Shown here: piece after piece, positions 39,401 to 52,390 of the stretch | Numbering within the stretch: position 1 is the stretch's first letter | Layout of the letters: the number at the start of each line of letters is the position of its first letter | DNA from: Hemiscyllium ocellatum | Lineage: Eukaryota | Length of the DNA stretch: 64,000 nt | NCBI RefSeq assembly: GCF_020745735.1 | Contig: NC_083401.1 | Span: 98,081,740 to 98,145,739 of the forward strand | Direction: 5' to 3' | Made by a program: the position numbers and the translations under genes | The notes under the pieces: generated by a model | What the model was told of the DNA's origin: nothing | What the model saw: only the letters and a program-made list of their open reading frames with translations | The model's database searches: none

Positions 39401-39672
39401 GCGGGTATAGATATACAAAGGACCCAAGGGGCAACTTTTTCACGCAAGGTTGGTGCATGCATGGAATGAGCTACCAGAGGATGTGGTGGAGGCTGGTACA
39501 ATTGCAACATTCAAAAGGCATCTGGATGGGTATATGAATAGGAAGGGTTTGGAGGGATATAGGCCAAGTGGGCAAATGGGACTAGATTGGGTTGGGATAG
39601 CTGGTCGGCATGGATGATTTGGAATGAAGGGTCTGTTTCTGTGCTGTACATCTCTATGACTCGATGACTCTA
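39400..39672 (+). mobile_element. CR1 3' fragment
   Basis: RGNFFTQ...WNELP and the CR1 3' tail. Confidence 0.88.
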
Positions 39673-40269
39673 AAACATTGATCAGCATCTCCCTCACTTC
39701 ACCCAGGCAAAGGCAACAATGCTTCTCAGTCAGCTTTCTACTCTTGTGCTTCAGAAGCAGTTGTGTTCAGCAGAGAGCTTTCAAATCTTCATGCTGTATC
39801 AGCAGCAGCCAAAAACCATTTCCCAGAAAACACAATTCCAAAACAGAGATCCAAGATAGGAGGCATGAGCAGCCAGAATCTGTGCTGGAGTAACCATGCT
39901 GGGGCTAGGTAAGATGCACACTGGAGGATCTGTACAGGGACCAAGAATACAATAGACCCACGAGCAGAGCAGAGTTTCTCAGAGGCGGTTTCATCAAGCA
40001 CACTTGGTAGACAGCAGTTCTCATTCAAAGGTCCCTACACAACAGTCTTAACCAGGCAGATGGAAGATGGACAGAAGAAGAAGAGGAAGACCAAGGAAAG
40101 TGCTCCCGAATACCTCAGCTAGACAGCAGGATGCTGGCCCCATCAATTTAACAAGACTGAAACATTCCAGGCAAACAACCTGTTTGTCCTCTGGCATAAA
40201 TGAAATATCCCCAGTGGTCATGGTTATATAAAGAATGTATCATGTCTAAACTGTTGCTTCTTCATAAAC

Positions 40270-41400
40270 TTAATAAACTATCTGAAAATCTCAAGAAATT
40301 GTTGACTGCCTAAATTTGCAAATGTGATCATGAGTCTACTTGAAATCAACAAAATAAAAACATATCCCAATAAATCCATAAACCCCTGATGAACTGATTC
40401 CTCAAAAATTGGTATGGGAATGAGAAGTGCTGAAAATGTGTTGCTGGAAAGGCACAGCAGGTCAGGCAGCATCCAAGGAGCAGGAGAATCGACGTTCCGG
40501 GCATGAGCCCTTCTTCAAGATTGAGGAAATTATGTCCAGCAGGCTAAGATAAAAGGTAGGGAGGAGGGACTTGGGGGAGGGGCATTGGAAATGCGATAGG
40601 TGGAAGGAGGTTAAGGTGAGGGTGATAGGCCGGAGTGGGGGTGGGCGCAGAGAGGTCAGGAAGAAGATTGCAGGCTAGGAAGGCAGTGCTGAGTTTGAGG
40701 AATTTGACTGAGACAAGGTGGGGGGAGGGGAAATGAGGAAACTGGAGAAATCTGAGTTCATCCCTTGTGGTTGGAGGGTTCCCAGGCGGAAGATGAGGTG
40801 CTCTTCCTCCAACCGTCGTGTTGTTATGTTCTGGCGATGGAGGAGTCCAAGGACCTGCATGTCCTTGGTGGAGTGGGAGGGGGAGTTGAAGTGTTGAGCC
40901 ACAGGGTGGTTGGGTTGGTTGGTCCGGGTGTCCCAGAGGTGTTTGAGAAGGGCTGGTTTGAATGTAGGTTGTGGTTTTCCTACAGTCCGACACATTTGGC
41001 ATATTTCACAAAACTGCACAATGTCCCTGGAAAGACTTGGCCAGTAAAGATGTGAGCTTATACTTGCCTGAGCCTTCCAGATTCCTACTTACCTTGTCGA
41101 AGGAATTTCATTGGCTATCCTCAAAAAACATGAGATATTTGGGCAGTGCCACGATCCAGGGAAACACCATCCATTCTTTGGCTGCACATCCATAACGAGG
41201 TCTCTACTTGCTCATCAAAATCCAGCAAAATCAGTTCAAGTGACTCTTGTATCCTTCAGTATTATGACAGGTTTAACTGCTTTATTTGAGAAATAAGGAC
41301 ATACTTTTCCTTTTGACAAGAACCTCTTGTAACCCTTAGATATCTTTTTCACCAACACCCACACGCATAGCAGAGTTTGGATCTGCCCTGACAACTGCAG
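40270..41400 (-). mobile_element. Gypsy/Ty3 integrase zinc-finger remnant, interrupted by a PLE fragment
   Basis: SSHLYWPSLSRDIVQFCEICQMCRTVGKPQPTFKPA, resuming after the insertion as LLIPIPIFEE. Confidence 0.7.
40433..40943 (-). mobile_element. PLE 3' fragment (GIY-YIG C-terminus and degenerate HHR)
   Basis: VAQHFNSPSH...RRLEEEHLIFRLGTLQPQGMN. TSD tgagaag(t/g)gctg at 40421-40432 / 40944-40955. Confidence 0.85.
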
Positions 41401-41852
41401 TTAGTTGCAGCTTTGTCTGTTGTAGTCTTGGTCAAAAGGTGTGGTGCTGGAAAAGCACAGCCGGTCAGGCAGCATCCAAGGAGCTCTTGATTGTACTCTT
41501 TGTCAAGCAACCCTTTCTTGTATTGAACTTGTGTCCATGAATTTATTTTTCAACAAGAAGATAGATCATTGATCTTCAGAGAAGTCTCAGCAACTATCAA
41601 AATAATTCTGGTTTTTAATAAGAAACCCAGTGTCTTTTCTTTACCTTGATGAATGATCACCTCTTCTATGGATTCTGGGTAATCCAAGATGGAGGACAGG
41701 AAAACATTGTGGTTGTAAGAGCTGCTCCTTTTTTGAGCCATTTCAGGTGATGGAGGTGATTTCTTCGAATTCCAGGAACAGCAATTAATGTTTTACATGC
41801 TGTTGCATTGTTTTGGAACTTTGGGGAAAAAGATCAAAACAATGGCACTTTT

Positions 41853-42182
41853 GGGGTGGCACGGTGGCTCAGTGGTTAGCACTGCAGCCTCACAGAGCCA
41901 GGGACCTGGGTTCAATTCCCGCCTTGGGCAACTGTCTGTATGGAATTTGCACATTCTCCCCATGTCTGCGTGGGTTTTCTCCAGGTGCTTTGATTTCCTC
42001 CCACAGTTCAAAGATGTGCAGCTTAGGTGAATTGGCCATGCTAAATTGCCCATAGTGTTAGGTATATTAATCAAGGGTGAATGTCAGGGAATTGCCCTGG
42101 GCGGTTGCTCTTCGGAGGGTCGGTTTGGACTTGTTGGGCCGAAGGGCCTGTTTCCACACAGTAGGGAATCTAATCTAATCTA
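41853..42182 (+). mobile_element. HE1-type V-SINE
   Basis: A box tggctcagtgg, B box ggttcaattcc, V-domain ggtttcctc...cccacag, a CR1-like 3' tail and (ctaat)n. Inserted at a tttt|aaaa site. Confidence 0.9.
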
Positions 42183-45100
42183 AAAGAAGAAAGACAGACA
42201 AAGGCAGCAGCCACGTGGTCAGTAAGGGAGAGAGAGAAAGAAACCGACACTGATAACTGACACAGCAATAAATCTGCACAGTTACTGCCTTTGCTGTTTG
42301 AGTTCATGCATCTCTGGATATCAGAGTGCGCCTAGGAAAAATTAACAAACAGCTAAATTCATAGCTGACTGTGGAGGAACCTGTGTGGGAGAGCTCACAG
42401 CACAGGAACAGACAAGTGCATAGTTTTTAAGTGTAACCTTGCTATGGGTCTGTAGTGGGTAGAGTGGGTTCTTTCTTGATTATCTGTTTTATTGGGATCT
42501 ATCTCTTAATTAAATTTCAAAAATAGAAACCATAAATACTAAGTTAACCTGTTTCTTAGAGCAAAAAGGTGGTGCTAGTTTCTGGATCTGTAGATTGTGA
42601 AGGAGTAAAGATGGCTTTGAGTAGAGTGATATGCTCTTCCTGTCAGATTTGGAAGTTTAGGGAGAGTTTCCATGTTACTGTTGCTGGAAATGTCTTTGGT
42701 TGCAAATCCTATCAGTTCACATGGATCAGTTAGAGCAGCAGTTAGAGGCAATAAGGAACTTACAAGAGCTAGGGGGTGTGATGGATAGTATTTATAGGAA
42801 GGGAGAAAAGCAGCAGACATGGTCAGGTAGATGGGTTAACTCCAGGAAAGGTAAGAGAGGTAGGCAGTTGGTGCAGGAGTTTTCTGTGGTTATCCCCATT
42901 TTCAAACAAGTATGCAGTTTTGGAAAATGTAGGGGGTGATGGATTCTCAGGGAAATATAGCATGAACAGCCAAGTTTCTGGTATTGAGACTGGCTCTAAT
43001 GTAATGAGGGGCACATTGGGTTCCAAGCTACGATTGTGATAAGGAACTCTCTAGTCAGAGGCATAGACAGATGTTTCTGCAGCCAGCAGTGAGAAATCAG
43101 AAAGGCATGTTTCCTCCCTGGTGCCAGGATCAAGGCTATCTCAGAGAAGGTGCAGCATGTTCACAGAGGGGAGAGGGACCAGCAGGAGGTCATTGTACAC
43201 ATTGGAACTAATGACATAGGAAAGGAAAAGGATGAGATTCTGAAGGGGGAATATAGAGAGTTAGGCAGGAATTTAAAAGAGAGATCCTCGAGAGTAGTAA
43301 TATCTGGATTACTCCCAGTGCTGCGAGTAAGTGAGGGTAGGAATAGGAGAATAGAGCAGATGAATGTGTGGCTGAGGAGCTAGTGCAGGGGAAAAAGATT
43401 CACATTTTTGGGCCCAGCGAAATAATGAGGAAAGAGATCAGTTTGAGACTGGCACAGTTGGGAAAAGGAGCGAGTCAAAGTCAGGGCAGGCAGGAACAAA
43501 GCAGAGAACAAGTTAGGATTGATAAATTAAACTGCATTTTCTTCAATGCAAGAAGCTAAACAGGGAAGGCAGGTGAACTCAGGGCATGGTTAGGAACATG
43601 GGACTGGGATATCATAGCAATTACAGAAATGTGGCTCAGGGATGGACAGGACTGGCAGCTTAATGTTCCAGGAGACAAATAATATTGAAAGGATAGAAAG
43701 GGAGGCAAGAGAAGAGGGGGGAGTGGCGTTTTTGATAAGAGATAGGATTATAGCTGTACTTGGGGAGGTATTCCTGAGAATACATCCAGGGAAGTTATTT
43801 GTGTGGAACGGAGAAATAAGAAAGGAAGGATCACCTTATGGGGATTGTATTATAGACCCCCTAATAGTCAGCGGGAAATTGAGAAACAAATTTGTAAGGA
43901 GATTTCAGTTATCTGTAAGAATAGTAGGGTGTTATAGAAGGGAATTTTAACTTTCCAAAGATGGATTGGGACTGCCGTAGTGTTAAGGGTTGAGGTGGAG
44001 AGGAATTTGCTAATGTGTACAAGACAATTTTCTGATTCAGTATGTGGATGTACCTACTAGAGAAGGTGTAAAACCTGACCTACACTTGGGAAATAAGTCA
44101 CGACAGGCGACTGAGGTGTCAGCGGGGGTGTACTTTGGGGCCAACAACCATAATTCTATTAGTTTTAAAATAGGGATGGAAAATTTTAGACCGGATCTAA
44201 AATTTGAAATTCTAAATTGGAAGAAGGCTAATTTTGATGGTATTAGGCAAGAACTATCAAAAGCTGATTGGGGGCAGATGTTCACAAGTAAAAGGACAGC
44301 TGGAAAGCGGGAAGCCTTCAAAATAGAGAGAGTGTCCAGAGACAATATAATCCTGTTAGGGCGAAATAAAAGGCTGGTAGGTGTAGGGAAAGCTGGATGA
44401 CGAGAGAAATTGAGGTTTTGGTTAAGAAACAGAAGGAAGCGTATGTCAGGATCAGACAGGAGAGATCGAGTGAATCCTTAAAAGAGTATAAAGGAAGTAG
44501 GAGTATACTTAAGAGGGAAATCAGGAGGGCAAAAAGGGGACATGAGATAGCTATGGCAAATAGGGTTAAGGAGAATCCAAATTAGAATTTTATAAATTTA
44601 TATTAATTTTATAAATACTTAGGGCAAAAGGGTAACTAGGGAGAGAATAGGACCCCTCATAGACCAGCAAGGCAGCCTATGTGCAGAATCACAGGAGATG
44701 GAAGAGGTACTAAATGAGTATTTTGCATCAGTGTTTACTATGGAGAAGGACGTGGAAGATATAGAATGTGGGGAAATAGATGGTGACATATCACAGAGGA
44801 GGAGGTGCATAAAAGTGGTAACTCCCCAGGATCTGATCAGGTAAACCCTAGAACTCTGTGGGAAGATCAGGAAGTAATTGCTGAGCCTCCTGCTGCGATA
44901 TTTGTATCATCGATCGTCACAGGTGAGGTGTTGAAAACTAGAGGTTGGCTAACATGGTGCCACTGTTTAAGAAGGGTGGTAAGGACAAGTCAGGGAACTA
45001 CAGACCAGTGAGCCTGACATCGGTGGTGGGCAAGGTATTGGAGAGAATCCTGAGGGACAGGATTTACATGTATTTAGAAAGGCAAGGACTGATTAGGAAT

Positions 45101-45602
45101 AGTCAGCATGGCTTTGTGCGTGGGAAATCATGTCTCACAGACTTGATTGAGTTTTTTGAAGAAGTATCAAAGAGGAATGATAAGGGCAGAGTGATAGATG
45201 AGATGTAAATGGACTTCAATGAGGTGTTCAACAAGGTTCTCCATGGGAGACTGGTTAGCAATGTTAGGTCTCATGGAATACAGGGTAAATTAGCTGTTTG
45301 TATACAGAACTGACTCGAAGGTAGAAGACAAAGGATGGTGGTAGAGGGTTGCTTTTCACACTGGAGGCCTGCGACTAGTGGTGTGCCACAAGGATTGGTG
45401 CTGGGTCCATTGCTTTTTGTTATTTATATAAATGATTTAGATATGGACATGGGAGGTATAATTAGTAACTTTGCAGATGAGACCAAAATTGGAGGTTTAA
45501 CAACCAGCAAGGAAGGTTACCTCAGAGTACAATGGAACCTTGATCAGATCAGCCAATGGGCTGAGGAGTGACAGTTGGAGTTTAATTTAGATAAATGCAA
45601 GG

Positions 45603-45756
45603 TTAGGCGAATTGGCCATGCTAAATTGCCTGTAGTGTTAGGTGAAGGGGTAAATGTAGGGGAATGGGTCTGGGTGCGTTGCTCTTCGGAGGGTCGGTGT
45701 GGACTTGTTGGGTCGAAGGGCCTGTTTCCATACTATAAATTAACTAATCTAATCAC
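45603..45756 (+). mobile_element. 5'-truncated HE1 SINE inserted in CR1 ORF2
   Basis: The SINE 3' half splits the CR1 motif FNLDKC|VLHLG. Confidence 0.8.
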
Positions 45757-46559
45757 AAATGCTGCATTTGGGAAAAGCAAATCAGAACAGGACCCACACA
45801 TTTAATGATAAGATCCTAGGGAGTGTTGCTGAACAAAGAGACACTGGAGTACAGGTTTATAGTTCCTTGAAAATAGAGTTGCAAGAGGATATGAGAGTGC
45901 AGAAGGCATTTGGCATGCTTTCCTTTATTGGTCAGAGCATTGACTAGAGGAGTTAGGAGGTTATGTTGTGGCTGTACAGGACATTAGTTAGGCCACTTTT
46001 GGAATATTGCGTGCAATTCTGGTCTCCTACCCATTGGAAGGAAGTTGCGAAACTTGAAAGGGTGCAGAAAATATTTACAAGGATGTTTCCAGGGTTGGAG
46101 GATTTGAACTATAGGGAGAGGTTGAATAGACTAGGGCTGTTTTTCCTGCAGTGTCGGAGGCTGAGGGGTGACCTTATAGAGGTTTATAAAATCATGAGGG
46201 GCATGGATAGGGTAAATAGACAAGGTATTTTCCCTGGGTTGGGCAAGTCCAGAGCTAGAGGGCATAGGTTTAGGGTGAGAGGGGAAAGATATAAAAGAGA
46301 TCTAAGGGGCAACTTTTTCACACAGAGGGTGGTACGTGTAATGGAATGAGCTGCCAGAGGAAGTGGTGGAGGCTGGTACCATTACAGCATTTAAAAGGCA
46401 TCTGGATGTGTATATGAATAAGAAGGGTTTGGAAGGATATGGGCCGGCCGGGTGCTGACAAACGGGACTAGAATGGGTTGGGATATCTGGTCGGCATGGA
46501 CGAGTTGGACCGAAGGGTCTATTTTCATGCTATACATCTCTATGACTCCATGGTGAATT

Positions 46560-47170
46560 GCACATTTCGTTACCACCCCAAATACCACCCAAACACCTTA
46601 CTAGTATTGCCATCCCAAAAAACTGATCTCCCAGTAACCGTCCATTTTAATTCCCTTTTCCACTCCCTTTCTGATATGACCATTCTTGGCCCCCTCCTTT
46701 GCCACAGCGAATCACACTGCACATTGGAGGGACAACACCTCATCCTCCGTCTGGACAATTTACAACCCAGAGGACTTAATATTGAGTTCTCCACTTTCAA
46801 ATCCCTTCCCGTCCCCCAACTCCCTTCCCAGTCCCTCCCTCCCCCTCCCTTCCATTCCTCCGATCAACCCTTCCTTGCAGCTACCAACTGCATTCATTCC
46901 TCCCATCAACCAACCAGGTCGTACCCTCTACCTGTGTTCACCTATCCCTACCTCACCACTCCGCCCCCCTCCCCCACCCCCACCCCCACCCAAAACCCTT
47001 CCCAAACCACCACCCCTCCTTTATCTGCAGCTCCCCTTACACTCATGCCCAGTCCTGAAGTCTGAATGTTGACCTCCCCACCTCCTGATGCTGCCTGGCT
47101 TGCTGTGTTCTTCCAGCCTCCTGATGGTCTACCTTGGATTCCAGCATCTGCATTTTTTTGTCTCTAACTC
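46560..47170 (+). mobile_element. PLE 3' fragment
   Basis: LPVTVHFNSLFHSLSDM...LILRLDNLQPRGLN (ORF 46478) and the PLE terminal repeat. Confidence 0.8.
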
Positions 47171-49504
47171 AACAGGGTTTAGCAGACTTGATAAAACAAT
47201 TGCATCAAATATAGGTAGGGGGGAATCAGTACTCCTTGAATGTTTGTCAGTTAAGGGGTGGCCATTGTTGATTGTTGGTAGCCAAATTAAAATATTCCAA
47301 CCACGGAGGAGAGATTAATAATAACGGGAAAACAGAAGTGGAACACAGCCACTGGGTAGAATTGGAAATAGAGGGGATTGAAATTCCAGTTCAATTTTGG
47401 GTATATTCAAATGGAGAGGGAACATTTCTGAGAATGGAAACTCTAGGGATATCAAGAGCGGTTATATTTCTTCAAGAGCATATAATGCCATGGGGAGAAG
47501 AGAAACAGATACATTCCTGACTCAGTGATCCCACCACTGCGTGTCGATGGAGGGGGGAAGTGAAAGCTACACAGGTAAATTGGAAAATAAAGGGAGAATT
47601 TGACATGAACATGGAAACTGCTTCTGATGATTTAAGCCGAACAGAAATGGGATTGTGACCAACTTGAGGGTGAACCCCCAGAGTGATTCCACAGCCAGTA
47701 GACACACCTGTAAACAGCCCCTGATTAAAGCGGGAGGTATTCGAAGCGGCAACTGGGATAATCGCGAGTGAAAATGGCAGGGGGCAGCTATAGAGTCGGC
47801 TTTCTATCAGTAACTCTCCTAATTGGCCCCTGAAGAACCCGGATGGGGCACAATGATTTACAGTCAAAGACAATGGCCTTAAATTCACTAACGCCACGAT
47901 CACACCCAATCGGAAGACCATTCTGAATGGAAAGCACAGGTCATCGGATCTTCACAGTGCTTGACATATCCAACAGGTCCTGAATAATTCCACTCCATGA
48001 AGTACTCACAATCCACAGTTTGCTTTCACTCTGAGCGAAATCCAATACACTTGGACAAGAGTGTCACAGGGATTCCACAGAATATATTCCGTCACCACCT
48101 GATGCATAAAATAGAAGGTTTTGACCCTTCCATTACCGGAGGGTACAATGTCTGGAATATCTACTTCGTCCCCGCTAGTGTAGCCGAACCATGCACAGGA
48201 ATACCTGCAACTGTTTGAGATCCTGGGGAAATCAGGGCTGAAAATTATCTCCAATGAAACCCAGTTAGAACGAGAATCTGTAGTTTATTTAGGATACTTG
48301 ATATCAAAAGGAGACAGGAACCTCGAACCCAGAAAGGAGACGACCATTTTATTGTTACCACGACCGAGGACATTGCGGGAAGTGTCACAAATTTTGGGGC
48401 TAGTCAAATACTGCAGGAGTTTTGAATTATGCTCACATCAATTCTGAGGGCACTGCACAGATTCTGTCTGATCCATTGCGATATTAAACACTTTTGTCAG
48501 TACAGATTTCAGTATCTACCTCAATATGCTCCTACATTGTGTCTATTAGCCTACCATTCTAGTATGCAGCAAGTCTGTGAAAGCGGCTTAACGAGATCGC
48601 ACAGTTTGGGCGGTGAAAGTTACTGATCCCATTATATAACACAGGCAGAGATGGTAATGAACACATAAACACCACACGCATTCATTCAGCTGTTAAATAT
48701 GGACATTGGTCTCAGATGTAAGAAGGGCACAATGGGAATGTCTCTTACTTCCGAAAACTAATTTCGACAGTCAGGGACAGGGTTATCAGCTCTGCCGAGT
48801 TAAAGAAAATTGAAAGCACAAAGCCTGTCTGTGATATACACAGAAGTGGACAGGTGAGGGAGCCCATGTAGTATTATGTGTAGATGGATCCTGGAAAATT
48901 GTGAAAGGAATTCTACCGCCCCCGCCCAAATATTAGGGCAGTAACATAGGAACATATAAAAGTTGTAGCAGGAGTTGACCATTCGGCCCCTCGAGCTAAT
49001 TCCGTCATTCAGTGTGATCATAGCTGATACCACAACTCAATTGACCTCACCCGCTTTCCCTCCCCCGACCCTTTAACACAAAGAATTATTTGTAACCTGT
49101 TCTTGAACATATTCAATACTTTGGTCTTAACTGTTTTCTGTGGCAGAGAATTTCCCTCTCTGGGTGAATATAGTAGTAGAAGATGGAGGGAGACTACTGA
49201 GCCAGGGATGCTTATCAGTGGGAGATTCAGGCGACAGAGTTCATCGCACTAACTGAGTCTTTGAAGTCAGCAGAGGACTGACCTAAACTGTCAGTCGGTA
49301 CGTATTAGGGATGGTCGATGACTTAGCTGATTCATGTGAGGGGGGAGGAAAGGCGATATGTGACACTTAGTGAGAGTTTATTGGAGGATGTACAAAAACC
49401 TAAGACGTAGCAGTAACCAAAATTAAAACTCATTGGAAAATAGGCACATCAACACGGTTTGGGAATAGTCAGAATAGAAACAGGCCCTTCGGCCCACGAG
49501 TAGA

Positions 49505-50297
49505 TAAAGCTGGATTTTGGGAAAGCAAATCTTAGCAGGACTTATACACTTAATGGTAAGGTCCTAGGGAGTGTTGCTAAACAAAGAGACCTTGGATTGC
49601 AGGTTCAAAGCTCCTTGAAAATGGAGTTGCAGGTAGATAGGATAGTGAAGAAGGCATTTGGTATATTTTCCTCTTATTGGTCAGAGTATTGAGTACATGA
49701 GTTGGGAGGTTATGGTGCAGTTGTACAGGACATTGGTTAGGCCACTGTTGGAATATTGTGTGCAATTCTGGTCTCCTTCCTATTGGAAAGATGTTGTGAA
49801 ACTTGAAAGGGTTCAGAAAAGATTTATAAGGATGTTGCCAGGGTTGGAGGATCTGAGCTATAGGGAAAGGCTGAACAGGTTGGGGCTGTTTTCCCTGAAG
49901 CGTCGGAGCCTGAGGGGTGACCTTATAGAGGTTTACAAAATTATGAGAGGTATGGATAGGATAAATAGACAAAGTCTTTTTGCTGGGTTCGGGGAATCCA
50001 GAACTAGAAGCCATAGGTTTAGGGTGAGAGGGGAAAGATATAAAAGAGAGCTAAGGGGCAACCTTTTCACGCAGAAGGTGGTACGTGTATGTAATGAGCT
50101 ATCAGAACATGTGGTGGAGGCTAGTACAATTGCAACATTTAAAAGGCATTTGGATGGGTATATGAATAGGAAGGGTTTGGAGGGATATGGGTCGGGTGCT
50201 GGCAGGTGGGTCTAGATTGGGTTGGGATATCTGGTCGGTGAGGACAGGTTGGACCGAAGGGTCTGTTTCCATGCTGTACATCTCTATGACTCTATGA
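49505..50297 (+). mobile_element. Young 5'-truncated CR1 nested in the ERV
   Basis: Open ORF 49658-50215 is the CR1 ORF2 C-terminus, followed by a (tatgactc) tail. Confidence 0.92.
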
Positions 50298-50299
50298 CA

Positions 50300-51522
50300 T
50301 GATGGACTATGAAGGAGACAATGAGGAAGTTACCAAAAAGATTGGTGAGGTCAGAGCAATAGACTTTGTTAACTTGGACTTTAGTAAAGTCTTCTACAAG
50401 ATGCTGCATGGTAGACAAATTAGTAAAGTTAGATCACATGGGAATCATGGTGGCTTAGGCAGGAGATAGAGAGTGGTGGTGGAATGTTGCTTTTGGGACT
50501 GGAGATCTGTCACCACGATGTTTCACAGGGATCAGTTTTGGGTCCTGTTTTATTTGTCATCTATATAAATGATTTGGGTGAGAATTTGAAGGCTTGGTTA
50601 ATTAGTTTGCAGATGGCTCCAAAATTGGTGGCACAGTAGACAGTGAAGGAAGTTTTCTAAGATTACAAAGGGATTTTGATCAATTGGGTCAATGGGCTGA
50701 AAAATGGCCGGTGGAGTTCAATCTGGATAAATGTGAGTAATTGCATTTGGTACAAGAAATAAGGGTAGGGCTTGTACAATTAATGGTAGGGTCTTGTGTA
50801 GTGTTGTAGATCAGAGGGATTCAGGGGTGCAAGTACATAATTCATCGATGTTTGCATTGCATATAGACAGGATGGTTAGAAGGGCATTTGGCACGCTTGT
50901 CTTCATTGCTCAGTCCTTCAAGTATAGGAGTTGGAAAATTATGTTGTGGTTGAATAGGGTATTTGTTGAGTCCTCTTTTGGAATAGTGTCATACAGTTAT
51001 ATGAAGGATATTATTAAGCTGGAGAGGGTTCAGAAGAGATTTCCCAGGATGTTGCCAGGTTTGGAAGGTTTGAGTTAAAAAGAAAGGGCTGGTTAGACTG
51101 GAATTTCTTTCACTGGAATCTAAGAGGTTGAGAGGTGACCTTATAGAAGTCTATAAAATAATGAGAGGTATTGATAGCATTAATGGCAGTTGTCTTTTCC
51201 TTCAGATGGGGAATTTCAAGACTATGGACCACATTTTTAATGTGTGAGGAAAAAGATTTTTAAAAGACATGAGGGGAAATTTTTTTACACAGAGGATGGT
51301 TTGTGTGTGCAATGAACTTCCTGAGGAAGTGGTGGATGTGGGTACAATTACAACGTTTAAAAGACATTTGGGTAAGGCCATGAATAAGAAAGGGTTGGAG
51401 GTACATGGGCCAGTAGCAGGCAGGTGGGACTAGTTTATTTTGGGTTATGTTCTGTATGGACTGGTTGGATTGAAAGGTCTGTTTCCATGCAGTGTGAATA
51501 TTTGACTCTATGGCTATGACTA
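50300..51522 (+). mobile_element. Older CR1 3' part nested in the ERV
   Basis: Degenerate RT-to-3' end CR1 sequence with tail gactctatggctatgactat. Confidence 0.85.
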
Positions 51523-51647
51523 TTTTATGGCAGCATTAAGAGACCAATGCCCAAAAAAGACATCCCTGAGGTTCATTTGACCAGGGGATGGGGGGTGGGG
51601 GTGGTTGTTGGGGGGCGGTATGTATGTGAGGTGCTGAGGTACGCTGT

Positions 51648-51913
51648 GGGTGGCACGGTGGCACAGTGGTTAGCACTGCTGCCTCACAGCGCCTGAGACC
51701 CGGGTTCAATTCCCGACTCAGGCGACTGACTGTGGAGTTTGCACGTTCTCCCCGTTTCCTCTGGGTGCTCCGGTTTCCTCCCACAGTCCAAAGATGTGAA
51801 TTGGCCATGCTAAATTGCCTGTAGTGTTAGATAAGGGGTAAATGTAGGGGTGGGTTGCGGGTTGGTGTGGACTTGTTGGGCCGAAGGGCCTGTTTCCACA
51901 CTGTAAGTAATCT
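51648..51913 (+). mobile_element. HE1-type V-SINE
   Basis: gggtggcacggtggcacagtggttagcactgc...ggttcaattcc...gggccgaagggcctgtttccacactg. Confidence 0.9.
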
Positions 51914-52267
51914 GTAAGTACAGACCAACGCCAAGTGACCAGAGTGGGAGAAAGGGGAGCACAGAATGAATCAGATGGAGCATGGAGAAAAATTGGAAAT
52001 GTTATAGCTCCCCAAAATTTACCACGGAAGTCAGAGTACAGGATGAAATAATCTGAAAGATGAATTAACTCATTGCAGGTAGTGGATAGGAGTCAGGTGG
52101 GAGGTGGCCCTAAATTGTCAGATGTATAATTTGCACCCAACGCAACCCTGAAAAATCAGATCTGACGACAGCATCAACCACGTCCCAACAAATACAAATT
52201 GACGTTAACGGAGCCATCCCTGTGTGTTGAGGAAAGCAGTATTGTCCAGTTACAATCAACCAATTCA

Positions 52268-52390
52268 CTCTGACGAAGGGTTTTGTCCAGAAACGTTGAC
52301 TTTCCTGCCGCTCGGATGCTATCTGACCTGCCGTGTCTCACCAGTTTCACATCTATTGACTTCCAGCATCTGCAGTCCTCACTGTCTCCA
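52268..52390 (+). mobile_element. PLE terminal fragment with HHR motif inserted in the integrase
   Basis: CTGACGA-agggttttgtcca-GAAA-CGTT-gac followed by the gatgct...cagcatctgcag tail. Confidence 0.65.

Larger units (their letters stand above)
41710..46550 (+). mobile_element. Near full-length CR1 LINE (ORF1 zinc finger plus SGNH esterase; ORF2 APE-RT)
   Basis: ORF1 from ~42611 (CSSC...CWKC; VIVHIGTND). ORF2 motifs FNARS, NHNSI, NYRPVSLTS, SQHGF, GVPQG, FADETK, RPLLEY and FFTQRVV. Tail ends ~46548. The 5' boundary is approximate. Confidence 0.88.

Noticed and set aside
38941-39510. 189-aa ORF as a novel chimeric nuclease gene
   Set aside because: A chance read-through from antisense CR1 sequence into a PLE GIY-YIG fragment.
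40384-40400. CTGATGA as another hammerhead
   Set aside because: No stem II or GAAA follows. It lies in Gypsy integrase-derived sequence.
41853-41925. tRNA genes suggested by A/B boxes here and at 51648, 53026 and 33920
   Set aside because: These are SINE heads continuous with SINE bodies and tails.
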